From: Pseudomonas aeruginosa PAO1
Lineage (GTDB): Bacteria; Pseudomonadota; Gammaproteobacteria; Pseudomonadales; Pseudomonadaceae
Length of the DNA stretch: 64,000 nucleotides
NCBI RefSeq assembly: GCF_000006765.1
Contig: NC_002516.2
Direction: 5' to 3' (one strand)
Each line of letters starts with the position of its first letter. Positions within the stretch are counted from its first letter, which is position 1. The position numbers and the translations under genes are program-made. The notes under the pieces are model-generated. The model worked only from the letters and a program-made list of their open reading frames with translations. It did no database searches and had not been told where the DNA came from. Positions 8,721 through 18,835 of the stretch are shown here, piece by piece.

Positions 8721-10556
8721 ATGGCCACGAATACCGACGGCAGCCTGACGCTCGACCTGGTCCTTCGCAGCGAAGGGTACAGGGCCGGGATGGACAAGGT
8801 TGGCAGGATCAACGATCAGAAAATGCGCGCCATGGAGGCGCGCGCGGAAAAGGCTGGCAAGGCTATCGGCAAAAGCCTGGACAGTTCGGCACTGATTGCC
8901 AGCAGCGTGCTGGACCAGGCGCTGGACATGCTGGGCAGGACCAGTCGCCAGGCGGGTCAGGCCAAGAAGCCTGTGCAGAGCGCCCAGGACAAGGTACTGG
9001 CCGAGTGGAAGACCCGGCAGAAGGAGCTGGGCGAAGCCTGGAAGAGCTATCGCGAACCACTCCAGGATCTGTCCAAGCTCAACGAAGCACTACTGAAGAA
9101 CTCTTCCGACAAGCTCGACAAGGCGCTGCTCAATCTCAGCGAGACCGGCAAGCTGTCGCTTGCCAACGTGGGCAAGGCCGCCTACGCCGATGCTGCGCGC
9201 CTCGCCTCGCGGCAGATGACCCTGATGCTGCTGGACGGGCTGTTTGGCTGGGTCGCCAGCGTCGGTACCGAGAAGCCCAAGGTCGACGACAAGGCGGGCA
9301 AGGGACAGGCGAAGGCTGGCGACGACGAGAAGGAACAGCCGTCGCTCCAGTCGCAGGTCTTCAAGCAGTGGCTGTTGCAGATGAACAGTGTCTGGGGCGC
9401 CTACCGCGCGCCCCTGCAGGATATCTCCGGGATGACCGACGAGCTGTTCAGGAATGCGTCGGAGAAGCTCGAGAAGTCGCTGTTCAATTTCGCCACTAGC
9501 GGAAAGCTGTCCTTGAGCAACTTCGCCAAGACGGTGATCGACGATGTCGCCCGGATCGCCGCGCGGCAGCTTTCAATGCTCGCCCTGGACGGATTGTTCG
9601 GCTGGATGAATGGCAAGGCCGGCATCACCGAGGCGCAACTGGCCAGCCAGAAGCCCTATACCTCGCTACTGGAAAAGGCCCGCGCAGCTGCGGGACAAGC
9701 GGCAGCGGGCGCTCCCGCGGCCCAGGGTGCCGCGCCAATGCCGGCAGCGGCGATGGATGTCGGCGCGATGGTGGCCACTGCTTCCGGGCAGACCGGGGAC
9801 GGTTCCAAGGTCTCGGCTGGAGGGGCTTCGGCCGCTGGCAAGCCGGTGGGCAGTTGGGTCGAACAGATGGACGCCTCCTGGGCGAGCCTGCGCGACCAGG
9901 CGCAGGACGTCTCGGGAATGATGGACATGCTGTTTACCAACGCCTTCACCAATATGGAGAACGCCCTGTTCACCTTTGCCACCACGGGCAAGCTGTCGTT
10001 CAAGGATTTCGCCGACTCGGTGATCCAGGATATGGCGCGGATCGCCGCGCGGCAGGCGACGCTGCAGATCATCGGCAGCATCGTCGGTGCGGTCAGCGGG
10101 TTCTTCGGTAGCGGCGCAACGGCGGGCTCGCGGATTTCCGACTATACCGGCTCGGACATGGCCAATTGGGTCAGCAAGCAACGCGCCGGAGGCATGCCTG
10201 GGTTCGCCAGGGGCGGTGCCTTCAACGATGGCATCCAGAGCGCGCCGGCGCTGTTCAGCATGGCCGGCGGTCGTCCGGCGCTGATCGGCGAGCGTGGGCC
10301 GGAAGCCATCATGCCGCTGAGTCGCGGTTCCGATGGCGTGCTCGGCGTGCGCGCGCTCGGCGGCGGCGAGGGGGGCAACGTCTTCAATTTCTCCACCAGC
10401 GTCAGCCTGGGCGGTGGCCGCGAGGGCGCGGCGACGGCCAGCGGCGACGACGGTACGGGACAGCAGCTGGCGGGAATGATCAACGATGCCGCGCGCAACG
10501 TGGTGGCGCAGGAGCTGCGCCCCGGCGGCCTGGTATGGAGGATGGTGAATGGCTGA
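8721..10556 (+). CDS. F-pyocin tape measure protein, 611 aa
   Basis: [13 protein letters not shown] start; lambda-type GKLSF..FA.SV...ARI repeats; FARGG...[14 protein letters not shown]-terminal motif. Confidence 0.9.
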
Positions 10557-10890
10557 TCTGGAACGCTTTACCTGGGACATCTCGATCGATTCCGCCGGCC
10601 AGGCGAACCAACTGGTACGTCAGGTGCAGTACGGCGGCGGCTACAGCCAGGCGCTCGGCGACGGGCTGAACAACCTCAGCGAGACCTGGCAGGTTTCGCG
10701 TACCGGCGATCTCGCGCTGATCGGCCCGATCCGCGATTTCCTCAAGCGCCACGGCGGCTACCGCTCGTTCCTCTGGACCTTGCCCACTGGCGAACCGGTA
10801 CGGGTGCGCGCCCAGGGCTGGCAATTGCGGCCGCGCGGCAACGGCGTGTTCACCCTGAACACCACCTTCCAGCAAGTCTTCAATCCGTGA
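10549..10890 (+). CDS. Minor tail protein (lambda gpM-like), 113 aa
   Basis: FTW...[13 protein letters not shown]...[14 protein letters not shown]. Confidence 0.9.
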
Positions 10891-10897
10891 GGTAAGC

Positions 10898-11593
10898 ATG
10901 ACCATCACAGCCGATGACCAGACCCTCGAGCCTGGTGCGCTGGTGCGCCTGTTCGACCTGGATTGCACCGGGTTCGGCGGCGAGATGCTGCGCTTCCACG
11001 GCCACCTGCAGCAGGGGCCGATCCACTGGCAGGGCAACGCCTACCAAGCTTGGCCACTGGAGGCGCGCGGCTTCGAGCAGCGCGGTGACGGCCGGGCCAG
11101 TTCGCCGACCCTTAGCGTGGGCAACATCGACGGCAGCATCAGCGCGCTCTGCCTGTTCTTCGATGGCCTGGTAGGCGCGCGCCTGATCGTGCGCGAGACC
11201 TATGCGCACTACCTGGATGCGGCCAACTTCGCCGAAGGCAACCCGCAGGCCGACCCCTCCCAGGAGCGCCTGAACATCTGGTTCCTCGAGCAGAAGACCG
11301 CCGAGAACAGCGTCCAGGTGACCTGGGAGCTGTCCGCTCCGCCGGACTTCCAGGGCCAGCAGATCCCGGCGCGCCAGATCACCTCGCTGTGCCACTGGTG
11401 CATCACCAACGAGTACCGCGGGCAGGACTGCAACTACACCGGTACGGCGATGTTCGATGCCGACGGCAATCCGGTGGACGATCCGGCGCTGGACCGCTGC
11501 GGCGGCCGGGTCAGCGATTGCAAGCTGCGCTTCGGCGCGGACAACCCGCTGTCCCACGGCGGCTTCGCCGGCGCCGGCCTGGTCAGGATGTGA
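10898..11593 (+). CDS. Minor tail protein (lambda gpL-like), 231 aa
   Basis: Cys cluster CHWC...C...C...C and FGGFAG C-terminus. Confidence 0.92.
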   Translation: MTITADDQTLEPGALVRLFDLDCTGFGGEMLRFHGHLQQGPIHWQGNAYQAWPLEARGFEQRGDGRASSPTLSVGNIDGSISALCLFFDGLVGARLIVRETYAHYLDAANFAEGNPQADPSQERLNIWFLEQKTAENSVQVTWELSAPPDFQGQQIPARQITSLCHWCITNEYRGQDCNYTGTAMFDADGNPVDDPALDRCGGRVSDCKLRFGADNPLSHGGFAGAGLVRM

Positions 11594-11595
11594 GC

Positions 11596-12366
11596 ATGGA
11601 ACTGAGCCGCAGCCTGCAGCGGGCCATCGCCGCACACGCCGCCCGCGAGCATCCGCGCGAATGCTGCGGGCTGATCGTTCGCGGTGTGCGTCAACGCCGC
11701 TACGTGGCCTGTCGCAACGCAGCCGGATCGCCCAGCGAGCACTTCGTGATCGATCACCAGGACTGGTGCGCTGCCGAGGACCAGGGCGAGGTCCTGGCCA
11801 TCGTCCACAGCCACCCGGACGTTCCGGCCACGCCGAGCATGGCCGATCGGGTCAGTTGCGAACTGCATGGTCTGCCCTGGGTGATCCTGTCCTGGCCGGA
11901 AGGCGATGTCGCGCATCTAGCGCCGGAGGGCTATCGGGCGCCGCTGCTCGGCCGCGAGTTCGCCCACGGCGTGCTCGACTGCTGGAGCCTCTGTCGCGAC
12001 TGGTACCGCCGCGAGGCAGGTTTGGAGCTTCCGGACTATCCGCGCCGCGACGGTTGGTGGGAAACCGGCGAGAGCCTCTACGAGCAGCACTATGCGGCGG
12101 CTGGATTCCGGCCGGTGCCGCTGGCCGGAATCCGCCGCGGCGACATGCTGGTGATGCAGGTCGGGAGGGCGCTGCACCCGAACCACGCGGGCATCTACCT
12201 GGGCAATGACTGGCGTCTGGACAGCGAGCCGGTCCAGGCGCTCGGCGGCGACGGACCGTTCCTGCTGCACCACCTGTACGGACGGCTGTCGACCCGCGAC
12301 GTGTTCGGCGGACCCTGGATCGAACGCACGCGCCTGGTCTTGCGGCACACGCGGATGCCGCAGTGA
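11596..12366 (+). CDS. Tail assembly protein (lambda gpK-like, JAB + NlpC/P60), 256 aa
   Basis: PRECCG, HSHPD, GVLDCW and NHAGIYLG motifs; ATG 11596. Confidence 0.92.
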   Translation: MELSRSLQRAIAAHAAREHPRECCGLIVRGVRQRRYVACRNAAGSPSEHFVIDHQDWCAAEDQGEVLAIVHSHPDVPATPSMADRVSCELHGLPWVILSWPEGDVAHLAPEGYRAPLLGREFAHGVLDCWSLCRDWYRREAGLELPDYPRRDGWWETGESLYEQHYAAAGFRPVPLAGIRRGDMLVMQVGRALHPNHAGIYLGNDWRLDSEPVQALGGDGPFLLHHLYGRLSTRDVFGGPWIERTRLVLRHTRMPQ

Positions 12367-12420
12367 ACGACATATTCAAGCGAGCCGTCGGAATCGGCTC
12401 TTCACGAGAGGAACAGGTCC

Positions 12421-13023
12421 ATGAGTGACACCCTGAGTCAGGGCCTCACCACCATCCGTCTGTACGGGGTTCTGGGCAAGCGCTTCGGCCGCATGCACGG
12501 CCGATTGTTGGAAAGCGGCACGGTACGCGAGGCGATGAGTGCCTTGAAGCACACCATGGAGGGATTCGAGACGTTCATGCGCGAGGCGGAATCGAAAGGG
12601 CTGACCTTCGCCGTGTTCCGTGGGCGTACCAACCTGTCCGGCGAGCAACTGGACATGCGCGGACGCGAGGATATCCGCATCGTGCCGTTGGTGATCGGGA
12701 GCAAGCAGGCGGGGCTTTTCCAGACGATTCTGGGGGCTGCCTTGATTGTCGTGGGTGGATTCACGACGTTCTTCTCCGGTGGAACCAGTTCGTTCCTGGT
12801 AACCGCTGGAGTCAGCATGTTGGCGGGCGGCGTCATGCAGATGCTCAGTCCCCAACCCAAGGGCCTGAAGGGCCGCGAGGCCCCCGAGAACGCCCCCAGC
12901 TATGCCTTCGGCGGCCCGGTCAACACCATCGCCCAGGGCCATCCGGTCGGCGTGCTCTACGGCAAGCGCCGCATCGGCGGCGCGGTGATCAGCGCCGGCA
13001 TCTATGCCGAGGACCGGCTGTAG
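12421..13023 (+). CDS. Tail assembly protein (lambda gpI-like), 200 aa
   Basis: IRLYGVLGKRFG...NTIAQGHPVGVLYG...GAVISAGI. Confidence 0.9.
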   Translation: MSDTLSQGLTTIRLYGVLGKRFGRMHGRLLESGTVREAMSALKHTMEGFETFMREAESKGLTFAVFRGRTNLSGEQLDMRGREDIRIVPLVIGSKQAGLFQTILGAALIVVGGFTTFFSGGTSSFLVTAGVSMLAGGVMQMLSPQPKGLKGREAPENAPSYAFGGPVNTIAQGHPVGVLYGKRRIGGAVISAGIYAEDRL

Positions 13024-13041
13024 CCGGCAACGCCGTAACAG

Positions 13042-13066
13042 GCCCGCCATGCGCGGGCGTTTTTTT
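13042..13066 (+). terminator. Terminator-like hairpin before the central fibre gene
   Basis: GCCCGC-CATGC-GCGGGC followed by G and a T7 run. Confidence 0.65.
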
Positions 13067-13081
13067 GCCTGAAGGAACGTC

Positions 13082-16000
13082 ATGAACAAGACCATCACGG
13101 GCCACAAGGGTGGCAGCAAGAAGCCGCGCCAGCCGGTGGAGATGCCGGACTCGGTGCGCTCGATCGCGCGGGCGAAGATTCTCCTGGCACTGGGCGAAGG
13201 CGAGTTCGACGGTGGCGTCGACGGCCGTTCGATCTACCTGGACGATACGCCGCTGCTGGCGGCGGACGGCTCGGTGAACTTCCCCGGAGTGACCTGGGAG
13301 TTCCGTCCGGGCTCGGTGGACCAGGAACACATTGCCGGTGTGCCCGCCGTGGAAAACGAACTGGCGGTCGGCGTCGAACTCAAGAGTGACGCGCCCTGGG
13401 TCCGCGCGGTGAACAACACCCAGCTCTCGGCGGTGCGCCTGCGCCTGTCCTGGCCGGCCATCCAGCGCCAGCAGGAAAACGGTGACGTGGTCGGCTACCG
13501 CATCGACTACGCGATCGACATCGCCGTCGACGGCGGTGCCTGGCAGGAAGCGCTGAAGGCTTCGCTGGACGACAAGTCCACCAGCCGCTACGAGCGCTCC
13601 CACCGTGTCGACCTGCCGGAGGCGCGGAGCGGCTGGCAGGTGCGCGTGCGCCGCCTGACGCCGAACCAGAACAACAACCGCGTCGCCGACACCATGCGGG
13701 TGGAGGCGATCACCGAGGTGATCGACGCCAAGCTGCGCTACCCGAACACCGCGCTGCTGTTCGTCGAGTTCGATGCCAGCCAGTTCCAGAGCATTCCGCA
13801 GATATCGGTGGAAGCGCGCGGCCGGCGGGTGCGGGTGCCGAGCAACTACGATCCGCAGACCCGTAGCTACAGCGGCACCTGGGACGGCTCGTTCAAGTCG
13901 GCCTGGACCAGCAACCCGGCCTGGCACTGGTACGACATCGTGTTGCACAAGCGCTTCGGCCTCGGTCGGCGGATCGACGCGAGCATGGTCGACAAGTGGT
14001 CGCTGTACCGCATCGCCCAGTACTGCGACCAGTCGGTGCCCGACGGCAAGGGCGGCCAGGAGCCGCGCTTCAGCTGCAACCTGTACCTGCAGAGTCGCGC
14101 CGAAGCCTGGACCGTGCTGCGCGACCTGGCAGCGATCTTCCGCGGCATGTCCTACTGGTCCGGCGCGGAAATGGTGGCGGTATCCGACATGCCGGAGGAC
14201 GAGGCCTACACCTTCTCGCCGTCGAACACCGTGCGTGGCGACGACGGCAGCCACTTCAACTACAGCAGCAGCCGCCAGCGCGATCGCCACACCCTGGCCC
14301 TGGTCAACTACGACAATCCGGGCAACGGTTACCAGAGCCAACCGGTAGCGGTGAACAATGACCGCGCGCAGCGCCGCTACGGCATCAGCCAGTTGGAGAT
14401 CACCGCGATCGGTTGCACCTCCGAGGGCGAGGCGCAGCGGCGTGGCCAGTGGGCGCTGCTGACCGAGGAGCTGGAGCAGGACGCGGTGACCTTCCGCACC
14501 GGCATGGATGGCCGTGGGCTGGCGCCGGGGAAGATCATCGCCGTAGCCGACCCGGTCAAGTCCGGCAAGCAGATCGGCGGACGCCTGAGCGCGGTGGATG
14601 GCCGCGCGCTGACCCTCGACCGCGACGTCGAGGCCCGACCCGGCGATCGCCTGCTGGTCAACCTGCCGAACGGCAAGGCCGAGGCGCGCAGCGTCCAGTC
14701 GGTGGTAGGCCGCGTGCTGACCGTGACCGCCGCCTATTCGGAGACGCCTCGGCCCCAGGGGCAGTGGGCGCTGCAGAGCAACAGCCTGACCACCCAGCGC
14801 TTCCGCATCATGAGCATCACCCGGCCGGAGGACAATCTTTTCGAGATCACCGCGCTGCAACACAACGCGAGCAAGTTCGACGCCATCGACAACGGTGCGC
14901 GCATCGAGCTGCCGCCGGTCACCAGCATTCCGCCGGGCGTGCAGGCGCCGCCGCAGAACGTGCGGATCAAGGCTTTCACCAAGGTCGACCAGGGGTTGGC
15001 GGTGACCAGCCTGTCGGCCTCCTGGGATGCCGCGCCGAACGCGGTGGCCTACGAGGCCGAATGGCGCAAGGACTCGGGCAACTGGGTGCGGGTGCCGCGA
15101 ACCTCGGCGCTCGGTTTCGACGTGCCGGGCATCTATGCCGGTCGCTATCTGGTGCGGGTACGCGCCTTGAACGTGATGGAGGTCGGCTCGGTCTACGCCA
15201 GCAGTGTGGAGACCGCTCTTGAGGGCAAGACCACGCCGCCGCCGGCGCTGGCCTACCTGCGCTGCGTGGCCGGCCCCTGGCGCATCGGCCTGGAGTGGGG
15301 GTTCCCGACCAGCGGCGCAGCGGACACCGCCTACACCGAGATCCAGCAGTCCGCCACGCCCGGCGGCAGCGAGGAGACCGCACGGGCGCTGGGCCTGTTC
15401 GCCTACCCAGGCAATACCCACCTGGTATCGCCGATACCGGCCGGCGAACGGCTGGCGTTCCGCGGTCGCTTGATCGACCGTAGCGGCAACGTCGGCGCCT
15501 GGTCGAACTGGGTCACCGGCACCAGCTCCAGCGACGCCAGCGAATACAACCAGTTGATCACCCAGGAGTACGTCGAGTCGGCGCTGGGCCAGCAGTTCTT
15601 CTCCGATATCGAACGGATGCAGGTGGATATCGGGGGCTTGCAGAAGCAGGTCGGCGACCTCGCCGACGTTCTGCTGTACGACCCGGCCAAGGTCTACGCG
15701 AAGAACGACATGGTGCGACAGGGGCAGCGGTTGTACCAGGCACTGAAGGCTGTGCCGGCGAAGACGGCGCCGCCGAACGCGGCCTACTGGTCCGATATCG
15801 GCCAGTCGCTGGAAACCGCCAACGGGCTGGCGCAGCAGGTGGCGAGCCATACCGCTGAAATCAGCGAACTCGACGGCAGCCTTACCGCCCAGGCATCGCG
15901 CCTTGGCGTACTGCAGGCGGCGACCCGTGACGACGCGGATGACGGCAATGGCGCCATGGCCGATGCCCTGCGCGGCTGGAAGACCGTTGCCCGGGCAGCC

Positions 16001-16696
16001 CAGGAGGAAACCGTACGGGCCACCGAAAACGAGGCCCAGGCCACTCGCACGACGCTACTGGAGGCGCGCACCGCCGATGCCGAAGGGCGTATCGCCACGG
16101 TGGAACGGGTCGCGACCAGCGATCGCCAGGCCACCGCGCAACGTCTGGACCAGCTCTCGGCCTCGATCGGTGGCACCGCAGCCAGCCTGCAGAGCGAACA
16201 GACCGCCCGCGCCAACGCCGACAGCGCCCTCGCACAGCGGATCGACACCGTGCAGGCGCGTACCGACACCAACAGCGCGGCGATCCAGACCACCTCCCAG
16301 GCTGTCACCTCGCTGGATGGCAACGTCAAGGCGATGTACAGCGTGAAGCTCCAGGCGCATGCCAACGGACAAAAGTATGCGGCGGGATGGCAACTGGGGT
16401 TCGACAGTGGGACAAGTGTGTCGACCATGGCGTTTCAGGCGGATCGGTTTATCTGGTTCGACAGCTCCAGCGGGACGGCGGTAGCGCCGGTTTCCATTGT
16501 TAATGGACAGATGTTTATCAAGAACGCCCTGATTCAGGACGGAGCGATAGATAACGCGAAAATTGGAAATGTCATTCAGTCAAATGCAATGTCCAATAAC
16601 GGTATGCCGATATGGAGGCTGGATAAAGCGGGTACTTATACAGTACGAGACAGTGCAGGCCAGGTCAGAGTTGAGATGGGGCTTTTACAGTCATGA
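13082..16696 (+). CDS. Central tail fibre / host specificity protein (lambda gpJ-like), 1204 aa
   Basis: GHKGG start, LGEGE, WTSNPAW, FnIII-like region, coiled coil, QDGAIDNAKIG C-terminus. Confidence 0.93.
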   Translation: MNKTITGHKGGSKKPRQPVEMPDSVRSIARAKILLALGEGEFDGGVDGRSIYLDDTPLLAADGSVNFPGVTWEFRPGSVDQEHIAGVPAVENELAVGVELKSDAPWVRAVNNTQLSAVRLRLSWPAIQRQQENGDVVGYRIDYAIDIAVDGGAWQEALKASLDDKSTSRYERSHRVDLPEARSGWQVRVRRLTPNQNNNRVADTMRVEAITEVIDAKLRYPNTALLFVEFDASQFQSIPQISVEARGRRVRVPSNYDPQTRSYSGTWDGSFKSAWTSNPAWHWYDIVLHKRFGLGRRIDASMVDKWSLYRIAQYCDQSVPDGKGGQEPRFSCNLYLQSRAEAWTVLRDLAAIFRGMSYWSGAEMVAVSDMPEDEAYTFSPSNTVRGDDGSHFNYSSSRQRDRHTLALVNYDNPGNGYQSQPVAVNNDRAQRRYGISQLEITAIGCTSEGEAQRRGQWALLTEELEQDAVTFRTGMDGRGLAPGKIIAVADPVKSGKQIGGRLSAVDGRALTLDRDVEARPGDRLLVNLPNGKAEARSVQSVVGRVLTVTAAYSETPRPQGQWALQSNSLTTQRFRIMSITRPEDNLFEITALQHNASKFDAIDNGARIELPPVTSIPPGVQAPPQNVRIKAFTKVDQGLAVTSLSASWDAAPNAVAYEAEWRKDSGNWVRVPRTSALGFDVPGIYAGRYLVRVRALNVMEVGSVYASSVETALEGKTTPPPALAYLRCVAGPWRIGLEWGFPTSGAADTAYTEIQQSATPGGSEETARALGLFAYPGNTHLVSPIPAGERLAFRGRLIDRSGNVGAWSNWVTGTSSSDASEYNQLITQEYVESALGQQFFSDIERMQVDIGGLQKQVGDLADVLLYDPAKVYAKNDMVRQGQRLYQALKAVPAKTAPPNAAYWSDIGQSLETANGLAQQVASHTAEISELDGSLTAQASRLGVLQAATRDDADDGNGAMADALRGWKTVARAAQEETVRATENEAQATRTTLLEARTADAEGRIATVERVATSDRQATAQRLDQLSASIGGTAASLQSEQTARANADSALAQRIDTVQARTDTNSAAIQTTSQAVTSLDGNVKAMYSVKLQAHANGQKYAAGWQLGFDSGTSVSTMAFQADRFIWFDSSSGTAVAPVSIVNGQMFIKNALIQDGAIDNAKIGNVIQSNAMSNNGMPIWRLDKAGTYTVRDSAGQVRVEMGLLQS

Positions 16697-16986
16697 GTAT
16701 CTATGGATTACGTATCTATCGAGAGAATGGGACCGCCGCTGTAGATATAACTGACAGGGCGTTGCGGGTTGTATATTCCAGACGGGTTGATGCAGTTTCG
16801 AAAGGAGAAGCTGCCACGCCCGGCTTTGGCCCGAACAATGCTTCCGTCTACGTGATTGGTGATGAGCACAATAAGCGTCCGGTCTGGGCCCGAATGGGTG
16901 ATGGCGTTGTTCAATGGGGCTACGAGGATTGGTGGCCATCACTATTCCATACTTCTGGAACCTTATATGTGGTGGCCAAGGTATGA
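16693..16986 (+). CDS. Small tail-tip accessory protein, 97 aa
   Basis: ATGA overlaps on both sides (16693-96, 16983-86); MSIYGLRIYRENG motif shared with the next gene. Confidence 0.75.
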   Translation: MSIYGLRIYRENGTAAVDITDRALRVVYSRRVDAVSKGEAATPGFGPNNASVYVIGDEHNKRPVWARMGDGVVQWGYEDWWPSLFHTSGTLYVVAKV

Positions 16987-17720
16987 GTGAGTATGGGGTC
17001 TTGGTAAGGAATGGCTTGGGGCAGACTGTAATAGATGGAGAGTTTCATAACCTTTCTCTTCTGTTGGAAAGAAATATTGAAGTCGAGACAAGTCAGTGGT
17101 TCTCACTGGATTTTCCATATGCGGTCACATCAGCTGCACCTCCTGTTCTAGCAGTTCAAGCTTGGAAGAATAAAATTCTTTACTTCGACTCAGTACAGTA
17201 TCGAGGTGGGCCGGGAAACTGGACAGGCGCCACTCTGAGTTTTTCAGGGTATGGAACACATACATCCGGCTCCGTAAGAATTAGAGTTTATGCCTACGCA
17301 TTGCCTTTGCTGAGAGGATATGGACTTCGTGTTCGAAACTCGGCGGGAAGTGTCGTTTTCGATTCTCTAAGACTTCCCTTGGTTTTTAGTGCGGAACTGG
17401 GCGGGGCGCCAGAAGATTGGGTTAGGGTATCTGGGGAACCGATTATAGGAGCTGGCCGCATAGACATATATCGCCCAGCGACATGGGGTCAGCCTGCCGA
17501 TAGCTACATTGCAGTAGGCATGGCACTTGACGTGGAATTTGGCAGAGTGGCGGTATCTGGTGGTACGGCTAATGCAATTATTTATATACGCTGGGGTTTC
17601 ACTGAGGAGGGAGTGCCAAGGCTTATGCAGCATGCATATACCGGGCTTCCAAGTTCTTATCCTGGAATTCCAGCTGCTGTTTATTATGCTATGCCTTCAA
17701 TTCCGATAATAAAGGCTTGA
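16983..17720 (+). CDS. Tail-tip accessory protein, 245 aa
   Basis: ATG coupled to the previous stop; two YG(V/L)xVRN repeats; low GC. Confidence 0.8.
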   Translation: MSEYGVLVRNGLGQTVIDGEFHNLSLLLERNIEVETSQWFSLDFPYAVTSAAPPVLAVQAWKNKILYFDSVQYRGGPGNWTGATLSFSGYGTHTSGSVRIRVYAYALPLLRGYGLRVRNSAGSVVFDSLRLPLVFSAELGGAPEDWVRVSGEPIIGAGRIDIYRPATWGQPADSYIAVGMALDVEFGRVAVSGGTANAIIYIRWGFTEEGVPRLMQHAYTGLPSSYPGIPAAVYYAMPSIPIIKA

Positions 17721-17743
17721 GTTGATTTTTGGGAGATAATGCT

Positions 17744-18835
17744 ATGGCTTGGCATTCGAAAGGTTCGGTTTCCGTCACGCTGAATTCCGAAGCGGTGTTA
17801 GGAAACGCTACTGATTTTATCGCCAATGTGCGAACCGGCGATGCGTTCCGTGGCCCTGACGGCCGGTGGTACGAAATCACCAATGTGACCAGTGCAACGG
17901 TTATTTCTATCAAGCCCAATTATCAGGGTGCGACCGCTAGCGGCCAAGTTTATGCGGTTGTCCCAATACATGGTTATTCAAAAAACTTGGCAGACCAATT
18001 CCGCGACATCAACAACCAGTGGGGGGCCACCCTGGCAGGGATCAAACCCTGGGCGGTGTCCTCGACGGGCCAGCAGGCGCAGGCCGACATGGGAATCTCG
18101 GCTGTTGGTCGGGCCCTGAACAATGCTTCGACGCCGGCCAACGCCTTGAGTTACCTGGGGGGCGTCGCGCCCAATCAGATGGGCTGGGCTGGCAACGCGA
18201 TGAATACGGCGGACCTCGATTCGCTGACCGTCTCGGGGCTATACGCTCATGGCACGGCGGTGCCTTCGCCGGTGAACAATGCCCAGGGCTATGTCTTGCA
18301 TATGCAGCACGGCAACCCAGACTTCGCCGTCCAGCAGTGGTACCAGTTGAATTCCGCCACTGGCCAGTACATGCGGATCAAGGCCGGGGGTAACTGGTCG
18401 CGCTGGGTGTTGCAGTACAGCCAGTTCAACCTTGTCGGACTGGCGAGCTTCGATGCATCGAACAATCCATCCGGCGCCATCATCCAGCGCGGCGGGACTG
18501 TCGGTTTCAACGAGTATGTACGCTACGCCGACGGAACCCAGATCTGCTGGGGCAACACCACTACCAATGTGGGAGCCACCATGGCCTACCAGCCGGCTGG
18601 TACGTTGTCGTTCTATATCACTCCGGTTGCTTACTCGTGGGGGTTCCCGGTCTCGTTCTCCCGGCCTCCGTCTGTCATGGTCAACCCGATGAGAGCAGCA
18701 GGAAACAACGCTTCCCGTCCCTGGGGTTCGACGATGTCGGTCACCGAAACGCTGTTTTCCTGGTACGGCTATGACACCGCCAGCGTGGCCAGCGGGATGG
18801 CCGCCAGCTATGTCGCCATGGGGAGGTGGAATTGA
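17744..18835 (+). CDS. Side tail fibre / receptor-binding protein 1, 363 aa
   Basis: ATG 17744 after GGAG; GDAFRGPDGRWYEI N-terminus; YVRYADGTQICWG fibre C-terminal motif. Confidence 0.88.
   Translation: MAWHSKGSVSVTLNSEAVLGNATDFIANVRTGDAFRGPDGRWYEITNVTSATVISIKPNYQGATASGQVYAVVPIHGYSKNLADQFRDINNQWGATLAGIKPWAVSSTGQQAQADMGISAVGRALNNASTPANALSYLGGVAPNQMGWAGNAMNTADLDSLTVSGLYAHGTAVPSPVNNAQGYVLHMQHGNPDFAVQQWYQLNSATGQYMRIKAGGNWSRWVLQYSQFNLVGLASFDASNNPSGAIIQRGGTVGFNEYVRYADGTQICWGNTTTNVGATMAYQPAGTLSFYITPVAYSWGFPVSFSRPPSVMVNPMRAAGNNASRPWGSTMSVTETLFSWYGYDTASVASGMAASYVAMGRWN

Noticed and set aside
12989-15850. 953-aa antisense ORF
   Set aside because: Shadow of the gpJ gene caused by high GC3; no recognisable motifs.
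16914-16982. Longer starts (16914, 16932) for the 245-aa gene
   Set aside because: They overlap the 97-aa ORF; ATG 16983 is stop-coupled and gives an N-terminus matching the shared YG motif.
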